The position numbers and the translations under genes are program-made. Shown one piece after another: positions 11,435-20,800 of a stretch of DNA of 64,000 bases (position 1 is its first letter; each line of letters begins with the position of its first letter). Source of the DNA: Chromatiaceae bacterium (lineage in GTDB: Bacteria > Pseudomonadota > Gammaproteobacteria > Chromatiales > Chromatiaceae); NCBI GenBank assembly GCA_020851955.1, contig JADZBU010000292.1, positions 1,704 to 65,703 on the forward strand, read 5' to 3'. Under the pieces are notes generated by a model that saw only the letters and a program-made list of their open reading frames with translations, ran no database searches and had not been told where the DNA came from.

Positions 11435-12166
11435 ATGCCCCCCGCCAATCCCCAAGCCAATGTCCGGGTCGTCACCCTGACGATCGATGGGCAAGACCTC
11501 TCGGCCCGGGCGGACGAGACCATCATCGAGGTCTGCCGGGAGAACCAGATCCCCATCCCCAGCCTCTGCTACCTGGATGGCCTGAGCATCTGGGGCGCCT
11601 GCCGCCTCTGCCTGGTGGAGCTGGAGGGCCAGAACCGCCTGTTCGCCGCCTGCTCGACCCGGGTCGCGGAGGGGATGCGGATCACCACCCAGACGGAGCG
11701 ACTCCGACGCTACCGGCGCACCATCGTCGAACTGCTGTTCGCGGAACGCAGCCATATCTGTTCGGTCTGCGTCTCCAACAACCATTGCGAGTTGCAGACC
11801 CTGGCCCAGAAGTGCGGCGTGGACCACGTCCGCATCCCCTATCGCCAGGCCCGCTACCAGATGGACAGCTCCCACGAGCTGTTCCGCCTGGACCACAATC
11901 GCTGCATCCTCTGTACCCGCTGCGTGCGGGTCTGCGACGAGATCGAGGGCGCCCATACCTGGGACGTCATGGGCCGCGGCAGCGACTGCCAGGTCATTAC
12001 CGACCTGGCCCAGCCCTGGGGCGAGAGCGAGACCTGCACCGGCTGTGGCAAATGCGTCCAGGTCTGTCCCACCGGCGCCCTGGTCAAACAGGGCACCTCC
12101 GCCGGCGAGATGGTCAAGGACAAGCATTTTCTGCCCATTCTCGCCCGCCGGAGGCACGCCCCATGA
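11435..12166 (+). CDS. hoxU: Hydrogenase diaphorase subunit HoxU (NuoG N-terminal-like Fe-S protein)
   Basis: 243 aa with a 2Fe-2S ferredoxin N-terminus and several 4Fe-4S cysteine clusters ([23 protein letters not shown]). Its stop overlaps the next start (ATGA). Confidence 0.85.
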   Translation: MPPANPQANVRVVTLTIDGQDLSARADETIIEVCRENQIPIPSLCYLDGLSIWGACRLCLVELEGQNRLFAACSTRVAEGMRITTQTERLRRYRRTIVELLFAERSHICSVCVSNNHCELQTLAQKCGVDHVRIPYRQARYQMDSSHELFRLDHNRCILCTRCVRVCDEIEGAHTWDVMGRGSDCQVITDLAQPWGESETCTGCGKCVQVCPTGALVKQGTSAGEMVKDKHFLPILARRRHAP

Positions 12167-12783
12167 ATGATACCCACCTCAGCCATGACCCGCTCACCCC
12201 TCTCCCCAACCCTCCCCCACCAGGGGGGAGGGAGCCAGACACCGCTGGCGCCACCCGCATCCGGGTGGCCACCGCCTGGCTGGACGGCTGTTCCGGCTGC
12301 CACATGTCCTTTCTGGACATGGACGAACGCCTGGTGGATCTGGCCCAGCAGCTGGACATCGTCTACAGCCCGCTGGTGGATGCCAAGGTCCTGCCCGACC
12401 AGGTGGATGTCGGCATTCTCGAGGGAGCCATCAGCTCCGAGGATGACCTGCGCCATGCCCAGGAATTCCGCAAGCACTGCAAGCTCCTGATCAGCCTGGG
12501 TGACTGCGCCGTCAATGGCAACGTCCCCGCCATGCGCAACCCCTTCAAACTGGAGGCGGTGCTGGACCATGCCTTTCGGGAGACGGCAACCACCCAACCC
12601 CAGATCCCCACGGTCGGGGTGCCGCCACTGTTCCGCCAGGTGCGGCCCGTTCACGCCTGCGTGGCGGTGGACGTTTTCGTCCCCGGCTGCCCGCCCCCCG
12701 CCGATGCCATCTTCTACGTTCTCACCGAGCTGATCGAGGGGCGCACGCCGGACCCCAGCAAAGTTACCCGCTTTGGGGCCTGA
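12163..12783 (+). CDS. hoxY: [NiFe] hydrogenase small subunit HoxY
   Basis: [13 protein letters not shown] and GDCA...VPGCPP small-subunit cluster motifs. The start is taken at the ATG that overlaps the hoxU stop. The first ~30 codons contain a palindromic repeat, and an internal GTG near 12258 is an alternative start. Confidence 0.8.
   Translation: MNDTHLSHDPLTPLPNPPPPGGREPDTAGATRIRVATAWLDGCSGCHMSFLDMDERLVDLAQQLDIVYSPLVDAKVLPDQVDVGILEGAISSEDDLRHAQEFRKHCKLLISLGDCAVNGNVPAMRNPFKLEAVLDHAFRETATTQPQIPTVGVPPLFRQVRPVHACVAVDVFVPGCPPPADAIFYVLTELIEGRTPDPSKVTRFGA
12195..12236 (+). repeat. GC-rich palindromic repeat, copy 1, core CCCTCCCCC-ACCA-GGGGGGAGGG
   Basis: About 40 bp that match the reverse complement of 20128..20169 almost base for base. 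In the hoxY frame it translates as [12 protein letters not shown]. Confidence 0.7.
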
Positions 12784-12853
12784 GGGACCTGGCACCTTGT
12801 CCCGCCTCGCCTCGCCCAGCCCAACCACCGACCCAACCCGGGGGACCGCATCC

Positions 12854-14281
12854 ATGAGCCGCACCATCACCATCGAACCGGTCACCCGCATCGAGGGCCA
12901 CGCCCGCATCAGCCTGCAACTCGGCGACCGGGGCGAGGTTCAGGACGCCCGCTTCCACCTCACCCAGTTCCGTGGCTTCGAGAAGTTTTGCGAAGGCCGC
13001 CCCTACCGCGAGATGCCGGCGCTGACCGCCCGCACCTGCGGCATCTGCCCCGTGAGTCACATCCTGGCCGCCAACAAGGCCTGCGACCATCTGCTGGCGG
13101 TCAGCATCCCGCCGACGGCCGAGAAGCTGCGGCGCATCATCAATCTGGCCCAGCTCACCCAGTCCCACGCCCTGTCCTTCTTTCACCTCTCCTCCCCGGA
13201 TCTGCTGTTGGGTTGGGACTCGGACCCGGCCACCCGCAACATCTTTGGCGTCATGCGCCAGGCCCCGGCCCTCGCCAAGGACGGCATCCGGCTGCGCCAG
13301 ATCGGCCAGACCATCATCGAAACCCTGGGCGGCAAGAAGATCCACCCGACCTGGGTGGTCCCGGGCGGGGTCAGCGAGGCCCTGACGCCCGAGAAGCGCG
13401 AGGCCATGCTCAAGCTGCTCCCGGAGGGGCTGGAGATCGCCAAGCGCACCTATGCCTTCTTCAAGACCCTGGTGCCCAAGTTCAAGGACGAGGCGGCAAA
13501 CTTCGGCACCCGGGACACCCTCTTCCTGAGCCTGGTCAGCCCGGAGGGCAACCTGGAGCATTACGACGGTTTCCTGCGCCTTAAGGACGCCCGCGGCCAC
13601 CTCCTCGAGGACAAGGTGCCCACCTGGGAGTACGAGCGCATGGTCGGCGAGGCGGTGGAGGACTTCAGCTACATGAAGTTCCCCTACTACAAAGCCCAGG
13701 GTTACCCCGCCGGCGTCTATCGGGTCGGGCCCCTGGCGCGGCTCAACAATGCCAATGCCTGCGGGACGCCCTACGCCGACGTGGCCCTGGCCGAGTTCCA
13801 CATGCTGCAGGAATCCGGCCCCATCGCCAGCAGCTTCCACTATCACTATGCCCGGCTGGTGGAGATCATTTACGCCCTGGAGATGATGGACCGCCTGCTG
13901 AAGGACCCCGACATTCTCGACACCCGGGTCCGCGCCCGCGCCCGCAGCAACCGCGACGCGGGCATTGGTGTTGCCGAGGCGCCGCGCGGCACCCTGATGC
14001 ATCACTACAAGATCGACGACAACGGCCTCGTCACCTGGGTCAACCTCATCATCGCGACCGGCCACAACAACCTGGCCATGAATCAGGCCATCCGGCAGGT
14101 CGCAGAGGCCTATGTCGATGGCAACCAACTACGGGAAGGTATGCTGAATCGGGTCGAGGCCGTCATTCGCTGCTTCGACCCTTGCCTATCCTGCGCCTCC
14201 CACGCCTTCGGTCAGATGCCCATGCTGATTGAACTCCTCGACACCTCGGGGCAAGTGGTCCATCGCTTGAGCCGCGACTAG
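12854..14281 (+). CDS. hoxH: [NiFe] hydrogenase large subunit HoxH
   Basis: N-terminal RIEGH and RTCGICP motifs. The C-terminal DPCLSCASH nickel-binding motif is followed by a ~24 aa extension that would be removed by the maturation protease. Confidence 0.9.
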   Translation: MSRTITIEPVTRIEGHARISLQLGDRGEVQDARFHLTQFRGFEKFCEGRPYREMPALTARTCGICPVSHILAANKACDHLLAVSIPPTAEKLRRIINLAQLTQSHALSFFHLSSPDLLLGWDSDPATRNIFGVMRQAPALAKDGIRLRQIGQTIIETLGGKKIHPTWVVPGGVSEALTPEKREAMLKLLPEGLEIAKRTYAFFKTLVPKFKDEAANFGTRDTLFLSLVSPEGNLEHYDGFLRLKDARGHLLEDKVPTWEYERMVGEAVEDFSYMKFPYYKAQGYPAGVYRVGPLARLNNANACGTPYADVALAEFHMLQESGPIASSFHYHYARLVEIIYALEMMDRLLKDPDILDTRVRARARSNRDAGIGVAEAPRGTLMHHYKIDDNGLVTWVNLIIATGHNNLAMNQAIRQVAEAYVDGNQLREGMLNRVEAVIRCFDPCLSCASHAFGQMPMLIELLDTSGQVVHRLSRD

Positions 14282-14321
14282 GGCATTGACCCCGCCATGG
14301 CCAGCCAGCGCGGGGCTTGAA

Positions 14322-14801
14322 ATGCCCTACCCCAACACCCTCGTCATCGGCTACGGCAGCCCCATCCGCGGCGATGACGCCTTGGGTCCCCTGGCGGCGG
14401 AGGCCCTGGCGGCGGAACCCCTGCCCCCCGGGGTCAGCGTCATCTCCCGCCATATCCTGACCGCCGAATTGGTGGCGGACATCGCCGCCAACGACCGGGT
14501 GATCTTTATTGATGCCAGCGTGGCGGGCGAACCGGGTGAGATCCGGGTGCAATCCCTGACCGCCGATGTCAGCGCCCTCTCCACCATGGCTCACTTCCTG
14601 GATCCCCGGGAACTCCTGGCCTGGTGCCAAGCCCTCTACCAGCGGCAACCCCAAGCCTATCTGGTAACGGCCACGGGGGAATCGTTCGAGTACGCCAACT
14701 ACAGTTTGAGTCCCGTCGCTACCAGCGCTTTGGCATCCCTGCTCGCCCGGGTCCGGGAACTGATAGCCGAGATCCCCTCAAGCCGCATGATCGACCACTA
14801 G
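14322..14801 (+). CDS. hoxW: Hydrogenase maturation endopeptidase HoxW
   Basis: LVIGYGSPIRGDDALGP, the HybD/HoxW family N-terminus, lies directly downstream of hoxH. The start is taken at MPYPNTLV. Confidence 0.8.
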   Translation: MPYPNTLVIGYGSPIRGDDALGPLAAEALAAEPLPPGVSVISRHILTAELVADIAANDRVIFIDASVAGEPGEIRVQSLTADVSALSTMAHFLDPRELLAWCQALYQRQPQAYLVTATGESFEYANYSLSPVATSALASLLARVRELIAEIPSSRMIDH

Positions 14802-15004
14802 CCCCCTTGATAGGTAGAAATACCCATGGCGAAAGAATAAGGTCAGGCTATGCTTAAAATTGAGATTGTCATAAGAGATGAGGAATCTGATTGTTTTATT
14901 AGATTACCGCGCGACGATCCCAAACCCGTAGGACCCTAGGTTTTTCGGCTAGAGGTAAAAGCCAAAACCTAGCAATTTAACCAACTCAAAGCAGGTTAAA
15001 TGCA

Positions 15005-16207
15005 ATGAACCCTAAACACTTGAAAATAGCCCTAATCGCGGGGGCCATTATGACGATACTGGGAGGCCCGGTTGCCACCGAGGCCCTTGCTCAACAGCCG
15101 AATGTCACCTTGAAGGGCGGCAATGCCATCTATTCGGTGCCAGCCGCGGAGCGGCGGGAGACGAATGTCAACAGTATTGGGGATGCGCAACCCATGCCCT
15201 TGCCCACCGTGGACATGCCCCCCATTGATCCCTTCGAGGAGGCGTTGCGGCAACCCAATAGCGACCAGACAGGCAATCCCGGTTACAGCCCCGGATCCCC
15301 CGGTACGGGCGAGGAAACTCCCGTACAGATACCCCTGGAGGGAGAAGCCGATACCAGTGAGCTTTTCCAGGAGGAAAGCGGTGTTGAACCTCAAGAGTAC
15401 GGCACCGGAGGGGTACCCTTCACCACCAGTCGGGTTGACACGGTGGCCAACAATGTATCCAGGACTTACCCTTTCCGGGCAGCTGGAAAACTCTATTTCC
15501 AGAATGGCGCGGCTTGGTATGTATGCTCGGCCTCTCTCATCAAGCGGGGCGTAATCGTCACCGCCGCCCATTGCGTGGCTGAGTTTGGGAAAAGGCGGTT
15601 TTACCGGAACTTCCAGTTCGTACCCGCCAAATTCAATGCCTTAGCGCCTTATGGCACCTGGTACGCCGAGGCTGCTTATGTCAAGACCTCCTATTTCAAT
15701 GGTACGGACCCTTGCGCCGTGCGAGGTATCGTGTGCGCGAATGATGTCGCCGTCATTCGCATTGCCCCCAAGAGCGGGACCTTCCCGGGCACGGCAACCG
15801 GTTGGTTGGGATATGCTTGGGGCGGATACGGCTTCACGCCTAACAACCTGGCCTTGATCAACCAGCTTGGCTATCCGAGTACCCATGATTCCGGAAACAT
15901 CATGCAGCGCACGGACTCCCAAGGGTTTGTTTCCGCATCTAATTCGTATAATACCGTCTGGGGCTCGCGGCAAACGGGGGGCTCCAGCGGCGGACCGGAA
16001 CTGGTCAACCTGGGTATCCGGGGCGCCTTGACCACGCCCTTGGGTAGCGAGGCCGCCATCAACACCGTCGTGGGCGCTACCAGTTGGGGGTACACAAATC
16101 CAGCCGTGAAGCTGCAGGGGGCCAGCCCCTTCACGACGAATAACATCGTCAGCCTGGTCAACTCCGCCTGCATTTTCAGCGGCCTTACCCGAGCCGCCTG
16201 CAAATAG
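15005..16207 (+). CDS. Secreted trypsin-like (S1 family) serine protease, paralog 1
   Basis: Signal peptide ending ATEALA. The catalytic triad context is VTAAHCV (His), NDVAVIR (Asp) and GGSSGGP (Ser). It is preceded by a long Pro/Gly-rich pro-region. Confidence 0.8.
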   Translation: MNPKHLKIALIAGAIMTILGGPVATEALAQQPNVTLKGGNAIYSVPAAERRETNVNSIGDAQPMPLPTVDMPPIDPFEEALRQPNSDQTGNPGYSPGSPGTGEETPVQIPLEGEADTSELFQEESGVEPQEYGTGGVPFTTSRVDTVANNVSRTYPFRAAGKLYFQNGAAWYVCSASLIKRGVIVTAAHCVAEFGKRRFYRNFQFVPAKFNALAPYGTWYAEAAYVKTSYFNGTDPCAVRGIVCANDVAVIRIAPKSGTFPGTATGWLGYAWGGYGFTPNNLALINQLGYPSTHDSGNIMQRTDSQGFVSASNSYNTVWGSRQTGGSSGGPELVNLGIRGALTTPLGSEAAINTVVGATSWGYTNPAVKLQGASPFTTNNIVSLVNSACIFSGLTRAACK

Positions 16208-16260
16208 TCGGAGCAAGCCCCCCTCTGCAGCGGGGGCCCAAAAAGTCCATTTCTAGGCTC

Positions 16261-16295
16261 AAAAAGAACCCCGGCATTGCCGGGGTTCTTTTTTT
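16261..16295 (+). terminator. Intrinsic terminator after protease 1
   Basis: Perfect 9-bp stem GAACCCCGG/CCGGGGTTC with loop cattg and a T7 tail, with an A5 run on the 5' side. Confidence 0.75.
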
Positions 16296-16577
16296 CATTT
16301 CCAGACCCTTGGCCACGGCTAGTGAAGTGCTTGATGCGTAGCTATACTATGGGTATCGGCAACCAGGAGGGTTGCGCCGATACCCGGTTCAGGTATAAAC
16401 ATTACTTAACCACGAACCCAGGCTTGGTGGGCCTGGCACCGAGATGAACGCCTGATTATCCCACTCAGCCCACAAAGGTATTGCTTAGCAGTGCCTCCTC
16501 CATACAATCCAGGTCTTCAGCGAGTAGCGTTACCCTCAACCTGGATATCCGCTTATCTTCCCAAAAGGTCAAACAAA

Positions 16578-17783
16578 ATGAACGACAAACCTTCCAGAAT
16601 GTCCCTTGTTGCGGCGGCAACAATAGCGATACTCGGTAGCTCGGTTGCCACCGAAGCCTTTGCTTTACAGCCGAATGTAACCTTGAAGGGCGGCAATGCC
16701 ATCTATGCGGTGCCAGCCGCCGAACGGCGGGCGCCAAACCTCGCCAGTATCGGTGATGCGCAGGCCATGCCTTTACCCACCGTGGATGAGTCGCCCATTG
16801 ACCTGATGGGGGAAGCCTTACGGCAACCGGATAGCGCCCCAATGGGCAAGCCCGTTTACAGTCCTGGCGCTCCGGGTACCGGCCTGCCAAGTCCCATGCA
16901 GGTACCGCTAGAGCAGGACGCGGTCACCAGCGAGTTGTTCCTGGAGGAGGGAGCTGGCGTTGAGCCGCAGGAATTTGGTACCGGCGGCGTACCCTACACC
17001 ACCAGTCGGGTGGACACGGTGGGCAACAATGTCTCCAAGACCTATCCCTACAGCGCGGCGGGAAAACTCTATTTCAAGGATGGCGCGGGCAATTTTGTTT
17101 GCTCCGCCTCGCTCATCAAGCGGGGCGTGATTGTCACCGCCGCTCATTGCGTGTCGTTATTTGGAGCAAACCGGTTCTACACCAACTTCCAATTCGTACC
17201 AGCCAAGTACAAGACCTTGGCGCCTTTCGGGGTTTGGACCGCGGAAAGCATCTCCATCAAAACCTCGTATTTCAATGGCACGGACCCTTGTGCCGTGCGC
17301 GGAATCGTTTGCGCGAATGATGTCGCCGTCATTCGTCTCGCCCCACAGAGTGGAGCCTTCCCGGGCACGAGAACCGGCTGGTTTGGTTATGGCGCCGGAG
17401 GCTACGGCTTCACCCCAAACAACCTGGCCCTCATCAACCAGCTTGGCTATCCGGTCTCACATGACTCCGGAAATATCATGCAGCGCACGGACTCCCAAGG
17501 GGTTGTCTCTCCCTCGAACTCCAATAACACCGTCTGGGGCTCACGGCAAACGGGTGGCTCCAGCGGTGGACCGGAACTCGTGAATCTGGGATTCCAGGGT
17601 GTTCTGGCCACCCCCTTGGGTAGCGAAGCCGTCCCCAACATCGTGGTGGGTGCCACCAGTTGGGGCTACACCAGCCCAGCCGTAAAGCTCCAGGGAGCCA
17701 GCCCCTTCACGGCGAATAACATCGTCAGCCTGGTCAACTCCGCTTGCCTGGTCAGCGGTACTACCCGAGCCGCTTGCAGGTAG
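16578..17783 (+). CDS. Secreted trypsin-like (S1 family) serine protease, paralog 2
   Basis: Collinear with 15005..16207, about three quarters identical by eye, with the same TAAHCV, NDVAVIR and GGSSGGP motifs and signal peptide ATEAFA. The start is taken at MNDKPSRM. Confidence 0.8.
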   Translation: MNDKPSRMSLVAAATIAILGSSVATEAFALQPNVTLKGGNAIYAVPAAERRAPNLASIGDAQAMPLPTVDESPIDLMGEALRQPDSAPMGKPVYSPGAPGTGLPSPMQVPLEQDAVTSELFLEEGAGVEPQEFGTGGVPYTTSRVDTVGNNVSKTYPYSAAGKLYFKDGAGNFVCSASLIKRGVIVTAAHCVSLFGANRFYTNFQFVPAKYKTLAPFGVWTAESISIKTSYFNGTDPCAVRGIVCANDVAVIRLAPQSGAFPGTRTGWFGYGAGGYGFTPNNLALINQLGYPVSHDSGNIMQRTDSQGVVSPSNSNNTVWGSRQTGGSSGGPELVNLGFQGVLATPLGSEAVPNIVVGATSWGYTSPAVKLQGASPFTANNIVSLVNSACLVSGTTRAACR

Positions 17784-17835
17784 GGAATTAAACCCCCGCT
17801 ACTTTCGGGGGCCAAAAGGCCCTTCCTGCTACAAC

Positions 17836-17866
17836 GGAGCCCCAGCAATGCCGGGGTTCCGTTTTT
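17836..17866 (+). terminator. Probable terminator after protease 2, in the convergent gap with hrpA
   Basis: ggagccccagc-aat-gccggggttcc hairpin followed by gttttt. It is a diverged copy of the 16261 terminator. Confidence 0.5.
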
Positions 17867-17894
17867 CCCCACCACCAAGCCCTGGTCCAATAAG

Positions 17895-20800
17895 CTAAAG
17901 CCCCAATTCCCGCCACCGCGCCTCGATGCGTTTCAGGGAGATGGGATAGGCCGTACCAAGACGTTGAGCGAAGAGCGAGATGCGTAGCTCCTCGAACATC
18001 CAGCGAATCTCCTCCAGACGGGGATCGTGACGGCCGGCAGCCCTCGTGACGGCAACTCGTTCACGCCACTTTTCCAGCAGCGGCGTCAGTTCCCGGAGAT
18101 GCGCCTGGTCCTTAGCGGCGGCATGGAACAGCTTATCCAGGCGTTCCTGGGCGGCCTTCAGGTAGCGCGGGTAGTCCTTGAGGTGGGCATAAGGCACCGC
18201 TAGGAGGAAGCCGCGGTAGATCAAGCCATCGAGTTGGGCCTTGAGGTCGAGGACCGAGGGCATCCAGTTGCTCTGGGTGATGGCGGCCAGGTTCTGGCGG
18301 AGGGCCTGATAGTCGTCGAGAATCCGGCCGACGAGGACCATGACCTCCGTGCTGACCCGCGTCAGTTGGGCCTTGCGGCTCGCGAGACGGGCCTCGAAGC
18401 TAGCCCGATCCCGGATGGTGGGGGCCTCCTCGAGGAAGGTCAGATCGAAAATGAGGGCCAGGACCTCGTCCGCCAGGTCCAGGGGTTTGGGCTGCTGGTT
18501 GGCCTTGCCCCGCGCCGCGCCGACGGCACCGACCCTGATCGCCTCACCCGGCTGTGCTTGCCGCCCGGCCCCCGCCCCCGCCCCCGCCCCCGCCGTCCCT
18601 ACGCCAGTTCCGCCGGAAGGCCCAGGTCCCCCCGTGCCAGTACCCACGAGACCAACCTCCCCGTCCGGCACCTTGGCATACTGCAACCGCATCCGGTCCA
18701 GCCCGGGCAGATTCCGGCGCAGTTGCCGCACCTCGCTACCCAGATTGAGCATCAGCAACCGCCGCAGGCCGGTCCGCTGCGCCAGATCCGCCCCCTCCCG
18801 CGAATCGAGCACCCGCAGGGCGACGCTATCCCCTTGATCAACCAGAGCCGGATAGCCGCGCAGGCGGATCCCGCCCCGGTCGAGATCCAGGCTCTCCGGC
18901 AAATCCCCAAAGTCCCAGCGCGTGATGCCGTCCCGCTCCAGGCCCTGGGAAGGGATCTGGGCGAAGGCCTGGCGACCGCTACCGCCGAACTGGCGCTGGA
19001 GTCGCGGGTAGTCATCCCCCACCGCCAGACTCTGCCCCGCCTCGTCCAGCAGGCGGAACTTCATCCGCAAGTGCGCCGGTATCGCCGCCGGGTCCCAGGC
19101 ATCCTCCGGCACCTGGATACCGGTCATGGCCTTGATTTCCTCGCCCAGGGCCTGGATCAGGGGCCGGTCCGAGGGCTTGAGCCGGGCTGCCAGGCGCTCG
19201 GCCGTATCGGGAATCGGGACCAACAGCTTGCGCCAGGTCTTGGGCAGGCCCCGCAGCAGGGCGCCGATCCGTTCCGCCAGCAGGCCAGGGACCAGCCACT
19301 CGCACCGGTCCGGCGAGACCTGATTGATCAGGGGCGCCGGCACCACCAGGGTGATGCCGTCCTCATCCTGGCCAGGGTCGAAACGGTACTCCAGCGGCAG
19401 AGCCGTCGCCCCCACCTGGAAGTGGTCGGGGAAGGCCTGGGCCGTGACCGCCCCCGCCTCATGGCGCATGGCATCCGCCAGGCGCAGATAGAGGAGTTTG
19501 GGGTCCTTGCGGCTCGCCTGGCGCAGCCAGCGCTCGAAGAGGGGGGCCGAGTAGATGCCAGCGGGCACCCGCTCTTCGTAGAAGGCCTGGATGGCCTCCT
19601 CGTCCACCAGGATGTCGCGCCGCCGCGACTTGGCCTCCAGGTGCTGAATGTAGGCAATGAGCTCCCGGTTGTGGCGCCAGAAGGGGGCACGGGTCTCGAA
19701 GTCACCCGCCGTCAGGGCGAAGCGGATGAAGATGGCGCGCGCCTCCGCTGGATTGATGGGGCCATAGTTGACGCGCCGTTTGGGGACGATGGTGATGCCG
19801 AAGAGGGTCAGCTTCTCGTAGGCCGCCACCTGACCCGAGCTGGCCTGCCAGTGGGGCTCCGAGTAGCTCCGCTGGATCAGGTGGCGGCCGGCCTCCTCGA
19901 TCCAGGCCGGCTGGACCCGGGCGACGATGCGCCCGTACTGGCGCGTCGTCTCGACCCGTTCCGCCGCCACGATCCACTTGGGCATCTTGTCATAGAGGCC
20001 GGAACCGGGGTGGATCATGAAGCGGCTGTTGCGCGCCCCCTGGTACTCCCGCCCCTCGTCCCTGAAGCCGATGTGACCCAGGAGGCCCGACAGCAGGGCC
20101 AGGTGGAGTGCGGCGTAATGTTGCTCTTGCCCCCTCCCCCCTGGCGGGGGAGGGTTGAGGAGAGGGGGCTGCCTATTCAGGCGGCCCGGCGACCCTGGGC
20201 CTGTGACGGCATCCCGACTAGCCGGCTCCTGATCCTTGAACCCCATCTCCGCCATCTGGGCATGCAGTTGGATGTGCACGTCGCGCCACTCCAGAACCCG
20301 ATTCCAGGACAGGAAATGCCGCTGGCACAGCTTGCGGAACTTGTTCCGGGTCAGGTGCGGGCGCTCACCCTCCAGGAACCGCCAGAGGTTGAGAAAGGCG
20401 AGAAAGTCCGAATCCTCATGATTGAAGGTGGCGTGAATCTCGTCGGCGGCCTGGCGCTGCTCCAGGGGCCGTTCCCGCGGGTCCTGAACGCTCAGGGCCG
20501 CCACGATCACCAGCATCTCCGTCAGGCAGCCCAACTCCGCCGAGGCCAGCAGCATGCGGCCGATGCGCGGGTCCAGGGGCAGGCGGGCCAGATGCTGGCC
20601 CAGGGGCGTGAGCTGGCCCTGCCCATCCAGGGCCGCCAGTTCCTCCAGGGTGCGATAGCCATCGGCCACCAGCCGGCCATCCGGCGGGTCCAAGAAGGGG
20701 AAGGCCTCGATCTCGCCAAACCCCAGCAGTTTCATCCGCAGGATGACGGCGGCCAGGTTGGCGCGGTGGATCTCGGGCTCGGTGTACTCCGTCCGCGACT

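Noticed and set aside
11164-12783. 539-aa ORF suggesting a very long HoxY.
   Set aside because: The first ~330 codons overlap hoxF and hoxU in another frame and are Pro/Arg/Gly-rich shadow sequence. The conserved small-subunit sequence begins after the ATG at 12163, which overlaps the hoxU stop.
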